Shown piece by piece: positions 10,017 to 21,036 of a stretch of 64,000 nt of DNA. The first letter of the stretch is position 1. Every line of letters starts with the position of its first letter. The position numbers and the translations under genes are program-made. The notes below the pieces were generated by a model. That model was not told where the DNA came from and searched no databases. It was given only the letters and a program-made list of their open reading frames with translations. Source of the DNA: Terriglobia bacterium (GTDB lineage Bacteria > Acidobacteriota > Terriglobia > 2-12-FULL-54-10); the NCBI GenBank assembly GCA_963666975.2, contig CAXVYR010000004.1, positions 1,984,001-2,048,000 of the forward strand. The letters are read 5' to 3'.

Positions 10017-10286
10017 TTAAGCAGGTTGCTGCTGAATTGCGACTTCCGTATCCGGGGCAGCCGCCCGGAGATACTCCGAAGCGAGCTTCTCCTCGTCCAA
10101 TCCCAGATAGCGGGCATACTGCCGCACATAGCTTTTGTTAAAAATTCCGCCTGGGAGTAGATCAAACCGTTCCGTTTCGATTGCTTTCAGCATGCGAACG
10201 CTGATCTTGGTGTATCCGGAAATGTCTTCGAGCGAGATTCCCCTTGCCTCTCGTTCTTTGATTAAGCTCTTACCAAAGGGTCTCAT
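10017..10286 (-). CDS. RodZ-like HTH_25 protein (N-terminal domain only)
   Basis: REARGISLEDIS..TKI...LPGGIFNKSYVRQYARYLGLD. Confidence 0.85.
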   Translation of the reverse strand: MRPFGKSLIKEREARGISLEDISGYTKISVRMLKAIETERFDLLPGGIFNKSYVRQYARYLGLDEEKLASEYLRAAAPDTEVAIQQQPA

Positions 10287-10715
10287 GTTTCCTCAACTCT
10301 TTCTTTGGGCTTGCGACCATCATAATGTAAAGAACAGCCGCCTCATGGGGGGACACTTCTCAGTTTACCTCCTAAATTTAGATTAGGCGAAGGGTCGAGG
10401 GCAATCCTAAAGATAAGGGATTTAATGAAAGAAATGCCGCTATTATTGGCCTTAAATGGCTCCAGGGAGGGGTGTTGAGCGCCGGGGAGGGGCTATGATA
10501 TCGCCTCAATCTCAGATCATCATAGCTTATCATAAGCTCATCAGGGCTCAGTATGGTCGCAGCCAGCTTCAATCCAGATATGAACTAGCAGAAACAAAAC
10601 GGCTTAGCTGTTCAGGGATAGCTCGGGAGCAGTTCAGGGGCAATATGCTCGCCCTGCATCGAGTCGTTCCCCATCGTTCCCCATGGCCATCGCAGGCTGG
10701 GCGTCTGAAAATAGT

Positions 10716-11633
10716 CTAGTTTTGGCGGCGCACCCACTCGCGTGCAGTTGCCGACACCAAGTCTCCGATCAAGACCAGCAGTCCGCCCAGCAGAATCAGA
10801 AAGAACATCTCGTCGTAATGGTTGCGCGCCCGCGCGTCCTGTATCCAGAAACCCAGCGAAGATATTCCCAGCATGCCCAGCACCGTCGCTTCCCGGACGC
10901 ATGTTTCCCAGCGGTAAAAGAAGAAAAGCAGAAAACGCGAAAAGGTCAGCGGAAACAGCGCTGAAAACACCATCTGGGACCGGGTTGCTCCCAGGGCCTG
11001 AAGCGCCGCCAGAGGCGGGGACTCCGTGTTTTCCACTACCTCCGCTCCCAGGCGGCCCAGGATGCCCGTGTTGTGGATCGCCAGAGCCAGGACCAGCGGC
11101 CAGGAGGTGGGTCCGAAGATGGCCAGCAGCAGAAATGCCCAGATATATTCGGGAATGGCGCGGACGAAAATCATGAAAAGGCGGCACCCCACCACAATCC
11201 CGTTCCAGAACAGGTGAACCGGCCAGCCCGGCGATCGGGAGGGCGGGAGAAACGGAAACGGCGTCGCCAGGGTTCTGGCAGCTCCCAAAGCCAAAAGCAC
11301 CCCGCCGCAGCCCGCCAGAAAGGTGGCGGCAACCGAGATGGCCAGCGTTGTCGCAGTGGCCTCGATCCCTTTTTCTCCCATCAGTTCCCGTACCCAGAGG
11401 AGGAGGACCGAGATGTCGAAGGAGCCCGTCTGAAGCGGGTGAGGCCACAGTTCCAGCAGGAAGCGTTGCATGTTCGCTAAGCGCCGCTCGGAGAGCATCG
11501 AGTCGGCGCCGAAATCGCCAATAATCCAGGACCCGGCAGCAAGCAGCGCGAGTGCCAGGGCGCTCCAGCGGGCGGAGCGGCGCCTCGGGCGTTGCTTGCT
11601 CAGGCGGGCGAGAGCCTCCGTGTGGCGGTTCAT
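10716..11633 (-). CDS. PhnE-type ABC permease
   Basis: RAIPEYIWA and YRWETCVREATVLGMLG. ATGA overlap with the upstream gene. Confidence 0.9.
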   Translation of the reverse strand: MNRHTEALARLSKQRPRRRSARWSALALALLAAGSWIIGDFGADSMLSERRLANMQRFLLELWPHPLQTGSFDISVLLLWVRELMGEKGIEATATTLAISVAATFLAGCGGVLLALGAARTLATPFPFLPPSRSPGWPVHLFWNGIVVGCRLFMIFVRAIPEYIWAFLLLAIFGPTSWPLVLALAIHNTGILGRLGAEVVENTESPPLAALQALGATRSQMVFSALFPLTFSRFLLFFFYRWETCVREATVLGMLGISSLGFWIQDARARNHYDEMFFLILLGGLLVLIGDLVSATAREWVRRQN

Positions 11634-12553
11634 ACCACGAACCTCCGCCGGAGCACGCCGCTCCACCATTCCACGGCCACAATCAGGAAAAACAGCGTGT
11701 AGAGATAGGTCCAGACTTCGCCGTAGTAGAGGTTTTCAAACGACGCCGCAAGGTAGAAGCCGAGCGTAGGGTAGCCGAAAAAGCCCAGCACGGCCGAGGA
11801 CCGCAGCGCGCATTCAAAGCGATAGAAGCTGTAGGCGGTCATGTCGGGCAAGGCGCGAGGCAGCAGCCCAAAAAGGAAAACTTGCGAGGGAGAAGCGCCG
11901 GCTCCCCGCAAGGCATGGGCGGCATCGCGGGGGGCCTCGTCGATCATTTCAGAAAATATCTTGGCCAGAATTCCAGAAAAAGGGATTGTCAGAGCGATGA
12001 CTGCGCTCAGATGGGTGAGACCAAAAGCAGCCAGGAAGAGCACGGCCCACAGAAGCTCATGGATCGACCGCATGACTGCGATTAAAATTCGCGTGCCCCC
12101 GTAAACGAGAGGCCGCAACGTTCGCCCAATGAATCTCTGCCACCGGGACTTCCCTCCCGCGGGGTCTTCGGTCCACCATGCGCTGGCGGCCAGCAAGCCG
12201 AGAAGAATACCCAAGGGAACTGCAAGACTCATGGCCGCCGAAGCAAAAATGACGGTGTGGGCGGCTGCTTGCGCGGCCTTCCACAACAATGGCTCAATGC
12301 CGGCGGGTGTCTCCGGCGATTCGTAGGTGAGGGCCGGGCTTGCGGCTCGGGAAAAGAATTCGATCGCCATCCGCAGGCTGGGTCCTGACGGCAGCAGATC
12401 CGCGAGACCCAGATCAAGCCGCCAGAAAGCCCAGGCAGCAGCCACGGTGATGGCGAGAAGCAGAGCGGCGCGTCCTGAAACAACAGGCCTACGGGCCGGC
12501 GCCTCCCCCGGCGCGGCAGAGAACCCGGATTGCGAAGCGGGCTGATCCGTCAT
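11630..12553 (-). CDS. PhnE-type ABC permease
   Basis: RSIHELLWA and YRFECALRSSAVLGFFG. ATGA overlap with the ATPase gene. Confidence 0.9.
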   Translation of the reverse strand: MTDQPASQSGFSAAPGEAPARRPVVSGRAALLLAITVAAAWAFWRLDLGLADLLPSGPSLRMAIEFFSRAASPALTYESPETPAGIEPLLWKAAQAAAHTVIFASAAMSLAVPLGILLGLLAASAWWTEDPAGGKSRWQRFIGRTLRPLVYGGTRILIAVMRSIHELLWAVLFLAAFGLTHLSAVIALTIPFSGILAKIFSEMIDEAPRDAAHALRGAGASPSQVFLFGLLPRALPDMTAYSFYRFECALRSSAVLGFFGYPTLGFYLAASFENLYYGEVWTYLYTLFFLIVAVEWWSGVLRRRFVV

Positions 12554-13320
12554 ATTTTGAACAGGGTCTGCAACTGATCTCCCTCGAGAGCGTCGGGATG
12601 CTGGTCGAAAACGATCTCCCCCCCCTTCATTCCCACCAGCCGGGGGAAAAATTCTTGCGCCAGTCGAAGGTTGTGCAGGCTCACGCACAGCGTCAGCTTT
12701 CGTTCCCCGGCCAGATCGGTCAGCAGATGCAGGACCGACCGCGCCCTGGCCGGGTCCACGCTCGAGACCGGCTCGTCGGCCAGCAGAATCTTCGGCTTTT
12801 GGAAAAGGGCGCGGGCAATTGCCACGCGCTGCCGTTGCCCGCCGGAAAGGCGGTCCACTCGCTGGTAGAGTTTGTCGGCGATCCCAACCCTCTGCAACAG
12901 ATCGTAGACCTCATCCAGAACATGGCTGGAGGGAAAAGTAAAAAGAAACAGCGCCCGGGCCGTCGAGATTTGGCCCAGCTTCCCGACTAGAACGTTATGC
13001 AGGACGTTCAGATTCGGGATTAGGTTCAGCTCCTGGTGGATGAAGCCGACCTTGGAGCGGAGGTGACGCAGCTCCTTGAAGGAAAGACTGTCCAGTTTTT
13101 GGCCGAGGGTGAGGACATGGCCGCTGGTGGGCCTCACCATGCCATTGAACAGGCGGAGCAGCGTGGTCTTGCCCGCCCCGCTCGACCCCACCAGCCCGAG
13201 CCTCTCCCCCCCGCCGACTTTGAGATCGACGTTTCGGAGCGCGGTCACCGATCCGTACTGGACCGAGACCTGATTCAGGGACAGGTTCCTCCCTGAATTC
13301 TCTTCCTCTTTACACTCCAT
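12550..13320 (-). CDS. PhnC-type ABC ATP-binding protein
   Basis: [23 protein letters not shown] and ADEPVSSVDP. Confidence 0.92.
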   Translation of the reverse strand: MECKEEENSGRNLSLNQVSVQYGSVTALRNVDLKVGGGERLGLVGSSGAGKTTLLRLFNGMVRPTSGHVLTLGQKLDSLSFKELRHLRSKVGFIHQELNLIPNLNVLHNVLVGKLGQISTARALFLFTFPSSHVLDEVYDLLQRVGIADKLYQRVDRLSGGQRQRVAIARALFQKPKILLADEPVSSVDPARARSVLHLLTDLAGERKLTLCVSLHNLRLAQEFFPRLVGMKGGEIVFDQHPDALEGDQLQTLFKI

Positions 13321-13321
13321 G

Positions 13322-14212
13322 CTATCTGAGCATCTCCAATTGTTCCGCCACCTGGCGAATTCCCTCGTATTCCTCGTTGGAGGCTGGGATGAGGCGTTCC
13401 CTGGGAAGGGCTGCAAGAAGGTTCGGATCTTCGATGCTCACCAAGGCCTGCTGCACCCGGTCCACGAATCCGGCGCCGAACAGCTCGTCCAGTTCCGGGT
13501 GCGCGGTCCAATTGTAGTCTGCAAAGGTGGGTGTCTGCCAGATCACTTTGCAAACTTCCGGATCGGTCTGCCCCGATTCCACCCTTCGCTCGTAGACCAG
13601 GTAGTTCACCACGCCCGCTTCGTACTGGCCGCTCTCCACCAGCTCGACGGTCTTATCGTGGCTTCCGGAAAAGGCCACCGGATGCTCAAAGAACTCCTGG
13701 GGAGACTTTCCCGAGTTCTGGCGGATGAAATATTCGGGCATCAGTCTCCCGGAGGTTGAACTTTCACTACCGAAGGTAAATTTCAAGCCGGCGATCCCGG
13801 CCGGAAACTCATCCTTTCTCTCCAATCCCGTGTCGCGGTGAACAATGAAGTAGGAGTAATAATTCGGATCGGAGGCGCCTTGCGCGATGGCCCGCGCTCC
13901 GGGAACCGCCTGACGCGCCTGCACCCCGGTCAGGCCCCCGAACCATGCCAGATGAACGTCGCTGTTTTTGAACATCTCCACCGACGCCTGGTAATCGCGG
14001 GCCGGAACGTACTCTACAGTAATCCCCAACTGCCCGGAAAGATAGTCCGCCAGAGGCTGGAACTTCTCCTGCAGCTCCGTTGTGTTCTGGTCCGGAATGG
14101 CGGAAAAGCGCAGCACCGTGCGGGTTTCTTCCCGGCCCCCTCCGCAGGAAACGGTCAGAAGGAGAGCAATTCCCGTCAGGACACTTCGTTTTAGTTTTAG
14201 TTCTTGCCACAT
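13322..14212 (-). CDS. PhnD-family lipoprotein substrate-binding protein (putative selenate clade)
   Basis: Lipobox TVSC, FSAIPDQN, LAWFGGLTGVQAR, FTFGSESSTSGRLMP and FSGSHD. Confidence 0.88.
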   Translation of the reverse strand: MWQELKLKRSVLTGIALLLTVSCGGGREETRTVLRFSAIPDQNTTELQEKFQPLADYLSGQLGITVEYVPARDYQASVEMFKNSDVHLAWFGGLTGVQARQAVPGARAIAQGASDPNYYSYFIVHRDTGLERKDEFPAGIAGLKFTFGSESSTSGRLMPEYFIRQNSGKSPQEFFEHPVAFSGSHDKTVELVESGQYEAGVVNYLVYERRVESGQTDPEVCKVIWQTPTFADYNWTAHPELDELFGAGFVDRVQQALVSIEDPNLLAALPRERLIPASNEEYEGIRQVAEQLEMLR

Positions 14213-14924
14213 ATTTCTAATCCTCTCGAAGGTTAAAAGTTCCCGAAGTTTAAAAGTTATAGATGAGGTAGAGGTTCACACGATTGTCAATTCTTTCTTC
14301 CCGCCCTTTGAAATTCGTTTTCCAGTTTCTGAAAACACGGCCCGGAACGGACACGATGCAAAACGATGCGGTCCGCCAATGAGCGAAAATATTAGAAATC
14401 TTTAGAAAGCTATGAAGTCAGGAACGGCAAACTGGCGTTTAGGAAGGAATTCAGGTGAATCCTGAAAGGGTGCGCGGTTTGGTTTCAATCGTCATTGGGG
14501 TGAACACTCTTATGACACTCCGTCCCCCGGAGTGTCAAGAAAAATCCATGGTGATCCGAATTCCCGCCTTCGGCTTCGCGGTCGGGGCCGCCTGTGGCTC
14601 TTCTGCCATCGAAACTGCCTGCATGTTAGTTCGCCTGATCGCAGGAAACCTAAGTGGCTGGGGTGGCCATTTACTTGGACCGGCATTAGGGAGTGTTAAG
14701 ATACAATTTCTAATGCCTGTCGCCTGTCCAATAGGGTTCCGAGGCAGTCAAGTCCCGGGTATCTTTACAAAGCGTTGACGCTCCGAACCAGGAACGTGGT
14801 AGCCGGCTTTCCTGAAGGTTATCGGCAACTTTTGGAACAGCACCGCGATCCTCTGGAATCCCTTTAGCCGGCTTCTGGAACCGCCGGCATATTGGAGGGA
14901 AGGATCAAAGAACACGACCGCCGC

Positions 14925-16259
14925 ATGTTTTGCGCTTCTCGAAACCTCAAGCTGCTCCTCCGCGCATTGCATCACCGAAATTTTCGTCTTTTCTATTGCG
15001 GCCAGGCCATATCGCTGATCGGCACGTGGACGCAGCGCGTCGCCATCGGCTGGCTGGTCTATCGTTTGACGGGTTCGGTTTTTATGCTGGGCTTGGTGAG
15101 TTTCATCGGGGATCTTCCTCTTTTTTTGGTTGCGCCATTCGCCGGCGTGATGGCCGACCGGTGGAATCAGCATCGCATCCTGATCGCGATCCAAACCCTG
15201 GCGATGGTGCAGGCCTCGATTCTGGCAATTCTTGTTTTAACCGGCGCCGTCGAGGTGTGGCACGCCGTCGTGCTCAGCATCTTCCTGGGTCTGGTTCACG
15301 CTTTTGACGTGCCGGTCCGGCAGTCGTTTATGCCGGACCTGATCGAAAAAAGGGAAGACCTGGGAAACGCCATTGCTTTGAACTCATCCATGGTGCATGG
15401 CGCAAGGCTGCTGGGGCCTTCTCTGGCAGGCATCCTCATCGCCGCCACGGGGGAAGGGATTTGTTTTCTTTTGAACGCCGTCAGTTATATTGCGGTGATT
15501 GCCGCTTTAATCGCCATGAAAATCAGCCCGAAAGAAAAAGCAGCCGGCAACATCCGGGTCATGAAGGAACTTCAAGAGGGCCTCGCCTACGTCTCCCATT
15601 CTGTGCCGATCCGTTCCATCTTGCTGCTGCTCGGCCTGGTCAGCCTGGTCGCAATGCCTTACCAGGTGCTGATGCCGGTTTTTGCCAAAGACATTCTTCT
15701 GGGCGGCCCGCGCACTTTTGGTTTTCTTGTGGGTTGCTCCGGCCTCGGCGCCTTGGCGGGCGCCGTTTACCTGGCCTCGAGAAAAAGCGCGCCCGGACTG
15801 GAGCGCATGATTGCCATCGCCGCCGGCATTTTTGGAGTCGGGCTGATTACGTTTTCTTTTTCCCGAATTTTGTGGCTTTCTTTTTTCCTTATGCTATTTA
15901 GTGGCTTTGGAATGATGATTCAGATGGCGTCCAGTAACACGGTGTTGCAGACGATTGTAGACGACAACATGCGAGGCCGCATGATGGGCTTTTACGCGAT
16001 GGCGTACCGGGGGATGGTCCCGCTGGGCAGTCTATTGGCAGGCGTTCTGGCGGGGAAGATCGGAGCGCCCGGAACCTTGCTGCTGGGCGGAGTGTGCTGT
16101 GTTTCGGGCGCTGTACTGTTCGCCAGCAAGCTTCCCCATTTGAGGAAAGCGATTCACCCCATCTACGTGAAGATGGGGCTCCTTTCAGACGCAGGCGCCG
16201 GCGGGCAAAAACCCGGCATTCCAAAATCGATTGATGTGAGCTTGCCGGCCGAAGAGTAG
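14925..16259 (+). CDS. MFS transporter (MFS_3-like)
   Basis: RALHHRNFRLFYCGQAISLIGTWTQ, FDVPVRQS and about 12 TM segments. Start is uncertain. Confidence 0.9.
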   Translation: MFCASRNLKLLLRALHHRNFRLFYCGQAISLIGTWTQRVAIGWLVYRLTGSVFMLGLVSFIGDLPLFLVAPFAGVMADRWNQHRILIAIQTLAMVQASILAILVLTGAVEVWHAVVLSIFLGLVHAFDVPVRQSFMPDLIEKREDLGNAIALNSSMVHGARLLGPSLAGILIAATGEGICFLLNAVSYIAVIAALIAMKISPKEKAAGNIRVMKELQEGLAYVSHSVPIRSILLLLGLVSLVAMPYQVLMPVFAKDILLGGPRTFGFLVGCSGLGALAGAVYLASRKSAPGLERMIAIAAGIFGVGLITFSFSRILWLSFFLMLFSGFGMMIQMASSNTVLQTIVDDNMRGRMMGFYAMAYRGMVPLGSLLAGVLAGKIGAPGTLLLGGVCCVSGAVLFASKLPHLRKAIHPIYVKMGLLSDAGAGGQKPGIPKSIDVSLPAEE

Positions 16260-16516
16260 CCGGCTTCCAACTGATTCCTGATGCGGTTTCCTGGTTGGGC
16301 GAGATTCCATCCGAGCCGCGACAGGCTCGCCGGGGATTCGGTGGGCGCTATCGATCCACATGTGATAGCCTGGAAAACCCAACGACCCGGATTTTATGGG
16401 TTGTCTGAAATCCACGGCCTGCAATCGAGGCCGGCAGAGTCTGCATTGTAGTCTTTGAATTGACTCCCATTTCAAAACTTGGTTGTATGGGGGATTTCCA
16501 GGAGCAAGGGGAGGAG

Positions 16517-17329
16517 ATGCAAATGGGACCAGCGGAAGCCAGTCAGGTGCAGTTGGAACTGGGCAAAAAGATGGGGAGCAAAGAGGCCAAGACCCTGGTC
16601 GATGCGCTCTATCAGAAAACCCTGGACCGTTGGGAGCAACGAGTCAATCGCGGAGCTTTCATGCAGGAGTTGAGGGCTGGGACCCTGCCGCTGGAGGCCA
16701 TCCGGTTGTTTTGGAAGAACTGGGCCTATTTTGTCTTCGAGATCAACAACATTGTCGCCTGCACCTATCAGCGGCACATCGGATTTTTCAAACGCCAACC
16801 GGACCTGCTGGCCAGCTTCAGCGCAAAAGTCGCCGACGAGTATATCCACCCGGAGCCGCCGGGGCATGTGAAGCTGGTCCTGGAGCAGACCAAAATCTTC
16901 GGCATCCCCGAAGAAGAAGTGATTGCCTGCGAGATGCTGGCCGATTGCCGGGGAATCCTGGAGTTCAAAAGAGGCTTGTTGCATGAAGGGACTCTTTTAG
17001 AATGGTGGACGGCGATGGCTACCGAGGAGCCGGTGGGACATTGGGCGCGGGAGTGGAAACAAGCGCTCACCGGAAAGTACGGCTTCCAGCTCGCCCAGGT
17101 GGAATATTTCCGCACCCATGAAGAAGCTGACCTCGAACAACATGCCGAGGGCGTCATGGGACACGGCGAGTTCAATCGGGTCGTATTGCAGCGGCTTTTG
17201 GAAGGGGGGTTGGTGGAGATGCGGCCCGGATTCTCTTTTTTCTATCCGCCGCTGACTGCGGTGGACTTTTACGGATTGTTTTTCGACGGGGTCTACAACC
17301 GCTCCCGGGCGGATGCAGGAACCCTATAG
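16517..17329 (+). CDS. TenA/PqqC/CADD-like heme-oxygenase-fold (HDO) protein
   Basis: FMQELRAGTL, DEYIHPEPPGH, ATEE and YFRTHEEADLEQH match HDO ligand patterns. Start is uncertain. Confidence 0.75.
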   Translation: MQMGPAEASQVQLELGKKMGSKEAKTLVDALYQKTLDRWEQRVNRGAFMQELRAGTLPLEAIRLFWKNWAYFVFEINNIVACTYQRHIGFFKRQPDLLASFSAKVADEYIHPEPPGHVKLVLEQTKIFGIPEEEVIACEMLADCRGILEFKRGLLHEGTLLEWWTAMATEEPVGHWAREWKQALTGKYGFQLAQVEYFRTHEEADLEQHAEGVMGHGEFNRVVLQRLLEGGLVEMRPGFSFFYPPLTAVDFYGLFFDGVYNRSRADAGTL

Positions 17330-17415
17330 CGACCATCTGGAAACTGCCGGCGTGGCGCATTCTGCAGTTGGCGGGCAAGCAAGCAGAATAGTCGTGGGGA
17401 AATTGGCGGAAAATC

Positions 17416-18975
17416 ATGACCAGCAGTGAGCATCCCGGCAGCGGGCAGCAGGCTGCCGCCGTGCTCCCCGGACCCGAGGCGTCTCCGGGTGAGGGGAGGC
17501 GACTGGCACGAAAAAAATCGCTGGCCGGTGTTTTGCTCGGCCCCGCGTTGTTCGCCGTGGCGCTGCTGCTGCCCCCTCCGGAAGGCGTTACGGAGATCGG
17601 CATGCGGTCGCTGGGCGTCTTTCTCTGGGTCATGGCCTGGTGGATCGCCGAGCCCATCCCTCTGCCCGCAACGGCCTTCCTTTCACTGGTCCTGCTGATC
17701 CTCTGCGGGGTCTTCCCTCTCGAAAGAGCCTTCGGCTTCTGGGCCCACTGGGTGAACCTTTTCCTGATCGGCGCTTGCATCATCGGCCAGGCGATGAACA
17801 TCCACGGCCTGAATAAGCGGTTCGCTTACTGGATCATGTCGCTGCGGGTGATCGGAAACAGTTCCTGGCGGTTGATGCTGGCCCTGCTGTGGGCGTGCGC
17901 CTTGCTGAGCGCCATCGCGTCCAATACGGTCTGCACGATCCTTTTCACCTCCATTGCGCTCAGTTTTATCCGGAATTTTAACATTGCCCCCCGCAGCCGG
18001 TATAGCGTGGCGCTGCTGGTTTGCGTGCCCTGGGCGGCGAGCATCGGCGGAACCGCGACGCCGGTGGGCGCAGCCGGCCATCTGTACTCGCTGGGGTTGC
18101 TGCGCGAGATGAACTTCCACGTGGGATTCCTTCCTTGGATGATGTTCGGCGTGCCCATGATGCTGATCGCCATGGCGGCGATGATGCTGGTCATCCGCCT
18201 GGTTTTCCGGCCCGAGTTTGAGGAGATTCAAGTGTCCTCCTCCTTCGCCCGCGAGGAGCTGCGGAAGATGGGGCCGATCCGCCGGGAGGAAAAAATCTCC
18301 GCCGCCGTCCTTCTGACGGCGCTGGCCCTTTGGATGCTTCCCGACCTGGCCCACTTCCTGGTGGAACCGTCGCATCCGGCGGCGCAGTGGATTCAAAACC
18401 GCCTGAGTTGGGCCGTGGTCGCCCTGCTGGCCGCGATGAGCTTGTTCATCATCCCGGTGGACTGGAAAGAAAGAAGATTCGCCATGACCTGGGACGACGC
18501 CGTGAAAGGCATTCATTGGGGAGTTCTGGCGGTCGTCGCGGGCGCGCTGGCCATTGGAACCGCGCTGAGCAGCACCGAGGTGGGACTTGGCCAGCTTTTT
18601 GTGAAAGGGATTGGGATGCTGTCGGAGTGGGGGGGAACCACGACGGCGCTGGTTGCAGCCAGCCTGGTGTTTATAGGGCTGCTGACCAACGGCGTCTCCA
18701 ATTTTGCCTCCATGAGCATTGTGATTCCCATCATGCTCTCCCTGGCTGTAGCTCCGGGGTCCGGCCTCAACCCGGTGGCGCTCACTATATGCCTGGGGCT
18801 CACCGCCTCTTGGGCATTTGCGTTGCCGTCGTCTACGCCGCTCAACGCCATTGCCTTCTCCAGCGGTATTGTGCGGACCTCGGATATGTTTCGCGGCGGA
18901 ATCATTCTGGCGCTGCTCTGCACGCTGGCCAGCATCTTGATTGCCTACCCGCTTCTCAACTGGATCTTCTCCTGA
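17416..18975 (+). CDS. SLC13/DASS sodium:anion symporter
   Basis: WWIAEPIPLPATA, ASIGGTATPVG, SNT/SNF motifs and FALPSSTPLNAIAF. Confidence 0.92.
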   Translation: MTSSEHPGSGQQAAAVLPGPEASPGEGRRLARKKSLAGVLLGPALFAVALLLPPPEGVTEIGMRSLGVFLWVMAWWIAEPIPLPATAFLSLVLLILCGVFPLERAFGFWAHWVNLFLIGACIIGQAMNIHGLNKRFAYWIMSLRVIGNSSWRLMLALLWACALLSAIASNTVCTILFTSIALSFIRNFNIAPRSRYSVALLVCVPWAASIGGTATPVGAAGHLYSLGLLREMNFHVGFLPWMMFGVPMMLIAMAAMMLVIRLVFRPEFEEIQVSSSFAREELRKMGPIRREEKISAAVLLTALALWMLPDLAHFLVEPSHPAAQWIQNRLSWAVVALLAAMSLFIIPVDWKERRFAMTWDDAVKGIHWGVLAVVAGALAIGTALSSTEVGLGQLFVKGIGMLSEWGGTTTALVAASLVFIGLLTNGVSNFASMSIVIPIMLSLAVAPGSGLNPVALTICLGLTASWAFALPSSTPLNAIAFSSGIVRTSDMFRGGIILALLCTLASILIAYPLLNWIFS

Positions 18976-19019
18976 CCGGGGTAGATGATGGATGATAAAC
19001 GAATAAGGATAACCGGATA

Positions 19020-19178
19020 AGAAGGAATCGCATCGACGTATCGCTTCACCCTCTCGGGCGTCATGTGAATTCCCGTGTAAAGGGAATTGTCGTACAGAAA
19101 TAGGGGACACGATTCACCCGTGCGGCCGAAGGGCGTGAGCAGTGGAAGTAAAATCCCCTCGCAGACCGTGCTTGCCAT
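19020..19178 (-). pseudogene. DHDPS-family (DapA-like) remnant with internal deletion
   Basis: MASTVCEGILLPLLTPFGRTGE is fused directly to PLFLYDN..YTGIHMTPERV. Confidence 0.55.
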
Positions 19179-19472
19179 AGAACAATGCCCCCTAATTGGA
19201 TTTTCGGCTGCGCCCACTCCAACAACCCGGCCATCCCAGCAAAGCCTGGCGGCAACTCATGCGAGTAGTCTGGAGCTAATCGGGTGGGTATTTTACCCAA
19301 TCCGCCGTGGCCGGGGTCCCGGAAACAACCGGCACGAAAAGGGATTGAACATGGCAAAGGACTGGAGTATATTCCATTCTACATAATAGAGGCGCAGTCT
19401 TGCGCCCCTCCCAGCAAGGGCGGAAAACTGAGGTTACGGGACCATCTCGATACTTTAGGAGGTATGGAGATT

Positions 19473-21036
19473 ATGAAGGTTATGCCACACCGAAAAGCAT
19501 TGCGCCGCGCTTGGACCATGATTGCCATGCTGACCGGAATTACGCTTCTTGCCGTGTGGATCGTCTTTCCGAAAGCACCAGACCTCCCGGGAGTAACCGC
19601 CATGCTCCAGGCCGTTTCGCCGCGACCTGCCGGGGGTCCTCGATTGATTTCCATCCAACCGTTCTCCGGAATGGAGGGAGCCATCTGCGAATGGATGCCG
19701 GCCAGCGCAACGTCGGCTACCAGCCCGGCCACTGCTCTGTGGCAGGAATCTTCATCGACCGGCGCCGCTCAAACCTCTCCAGATGATCTCAGAACTGCCA
19801 GCGATATCGAACGAGCGCCGGTGCGGGTCATCCGGGACACCTACTCTACATACAGCGCCATCGCCGTGGATACCAATTCCAATGAAGTGTACATGCAGGA
19901 TGAGAACCTGTTCGGCTTTAAGGTGTTCAACCGGATGGACAACACTCCTCCAAACGCCCAATTTACCGAGCCGAAGCGGGTTGTTTCCGGTCCCAGCACG
20001 AAGATGGAGTTTAACTGCGGCCTATATATAGACCCCAAGACGGGCGACGTGTATTCGGTGAACAACGACACCATGGACACAATGGTGGTGTTTCCTCGTG
20101 AGGCGCGTGGAAAAAATCGCGCTGGCGATCGGCAATCCCGGCGTCGTCGCTTATGACAGCAAGCGGGAAGAGGTTCTGGTTCCCAACTGAGTGGCCCACC
20201 CGCAGATCGCGGCTTTTGCCAGGCTGGCAAAAGAGAATACGATGCCCACGAGGCTGCTGGCGGGGCAAGCAACCCGCTTGAGCCGCACGATGCACGATAT
20301 CCGTTATGACGCGGTCCACGATGAATTTTTTGTAACGAATCCCTTCGCCCAGGCGATCATGGCTTTCCGAGGAGGAGCCAATGGAGAGGAAGCGCCGATT
20401 CGCATCATTCAGGGGGCGAAAACGCTGCTGGCGGGTGTTGAGGGAAATGTGTCGAGCGGTGTAGACCGTTTAGACGTCGATCCGGTCCACGATGAAATCT
20501 TCATTCCCTCCGGGGACAAGATTCTGGTGTATCCGCGGACAGGGAACGGCAATATCCCCCCGCTCCGGGTCATCCAAGGTCCGGATACAAAATTAACCAG
20601 GGCGCAATCGATTGCTGTAGATCCGGTCAATAATGTGATTGTGGCCGGCACGAACAGGCGATACAACAACGGCTCCGGATCCCTTCTGATCTTCAACCGC
20701 ACCGGAAGCGGAAACGTCAAACCCCGAGGACTCATCATGGGTCCCAGAACGGGGATCGGAAATTTGCAGCAACTCCGGGTCTATTCGCCCAAGGGCTGGA
20801 TTGTTGCGCCCCAGACCGGAGATTCTTACGGCATACTGGAGCCGGAAGGCGTTTTTATCGGCGTTTGGAGCATCAACGACGACGGGGATGTCCCACCCCG
20901 CTGGAAGCTCGGTGGACCGGGGAGCGTCATGAAGAAATCGCGCGGGATCGCGCTGAACCCCAAGAACAAAGAGCTGATTATCGCGGACATGCGGCTCAAT
21001 TCAGTCCTCACGTACTACTTCCCTGAGATCTTTTAG
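19473..21036 (+). pseudogene. membrane-anchored/exported NHL-like beta-propeller gene: frameshifting junction at ~20110 and in-frame TGA at 20188-20190 (ORFs 19473-20156 and 20191-21036)
   Basis: N-terminal TM segment. Repeated blades IAVDxxxxEVY / YDxxHDEFFV / IAVDPVNNVIV / PxRVIQGPxT. Frame 2 reads IALAIGNPGVVAYDSKREEVLVPN*VAHPQIAAF. Confidence 0.75.
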
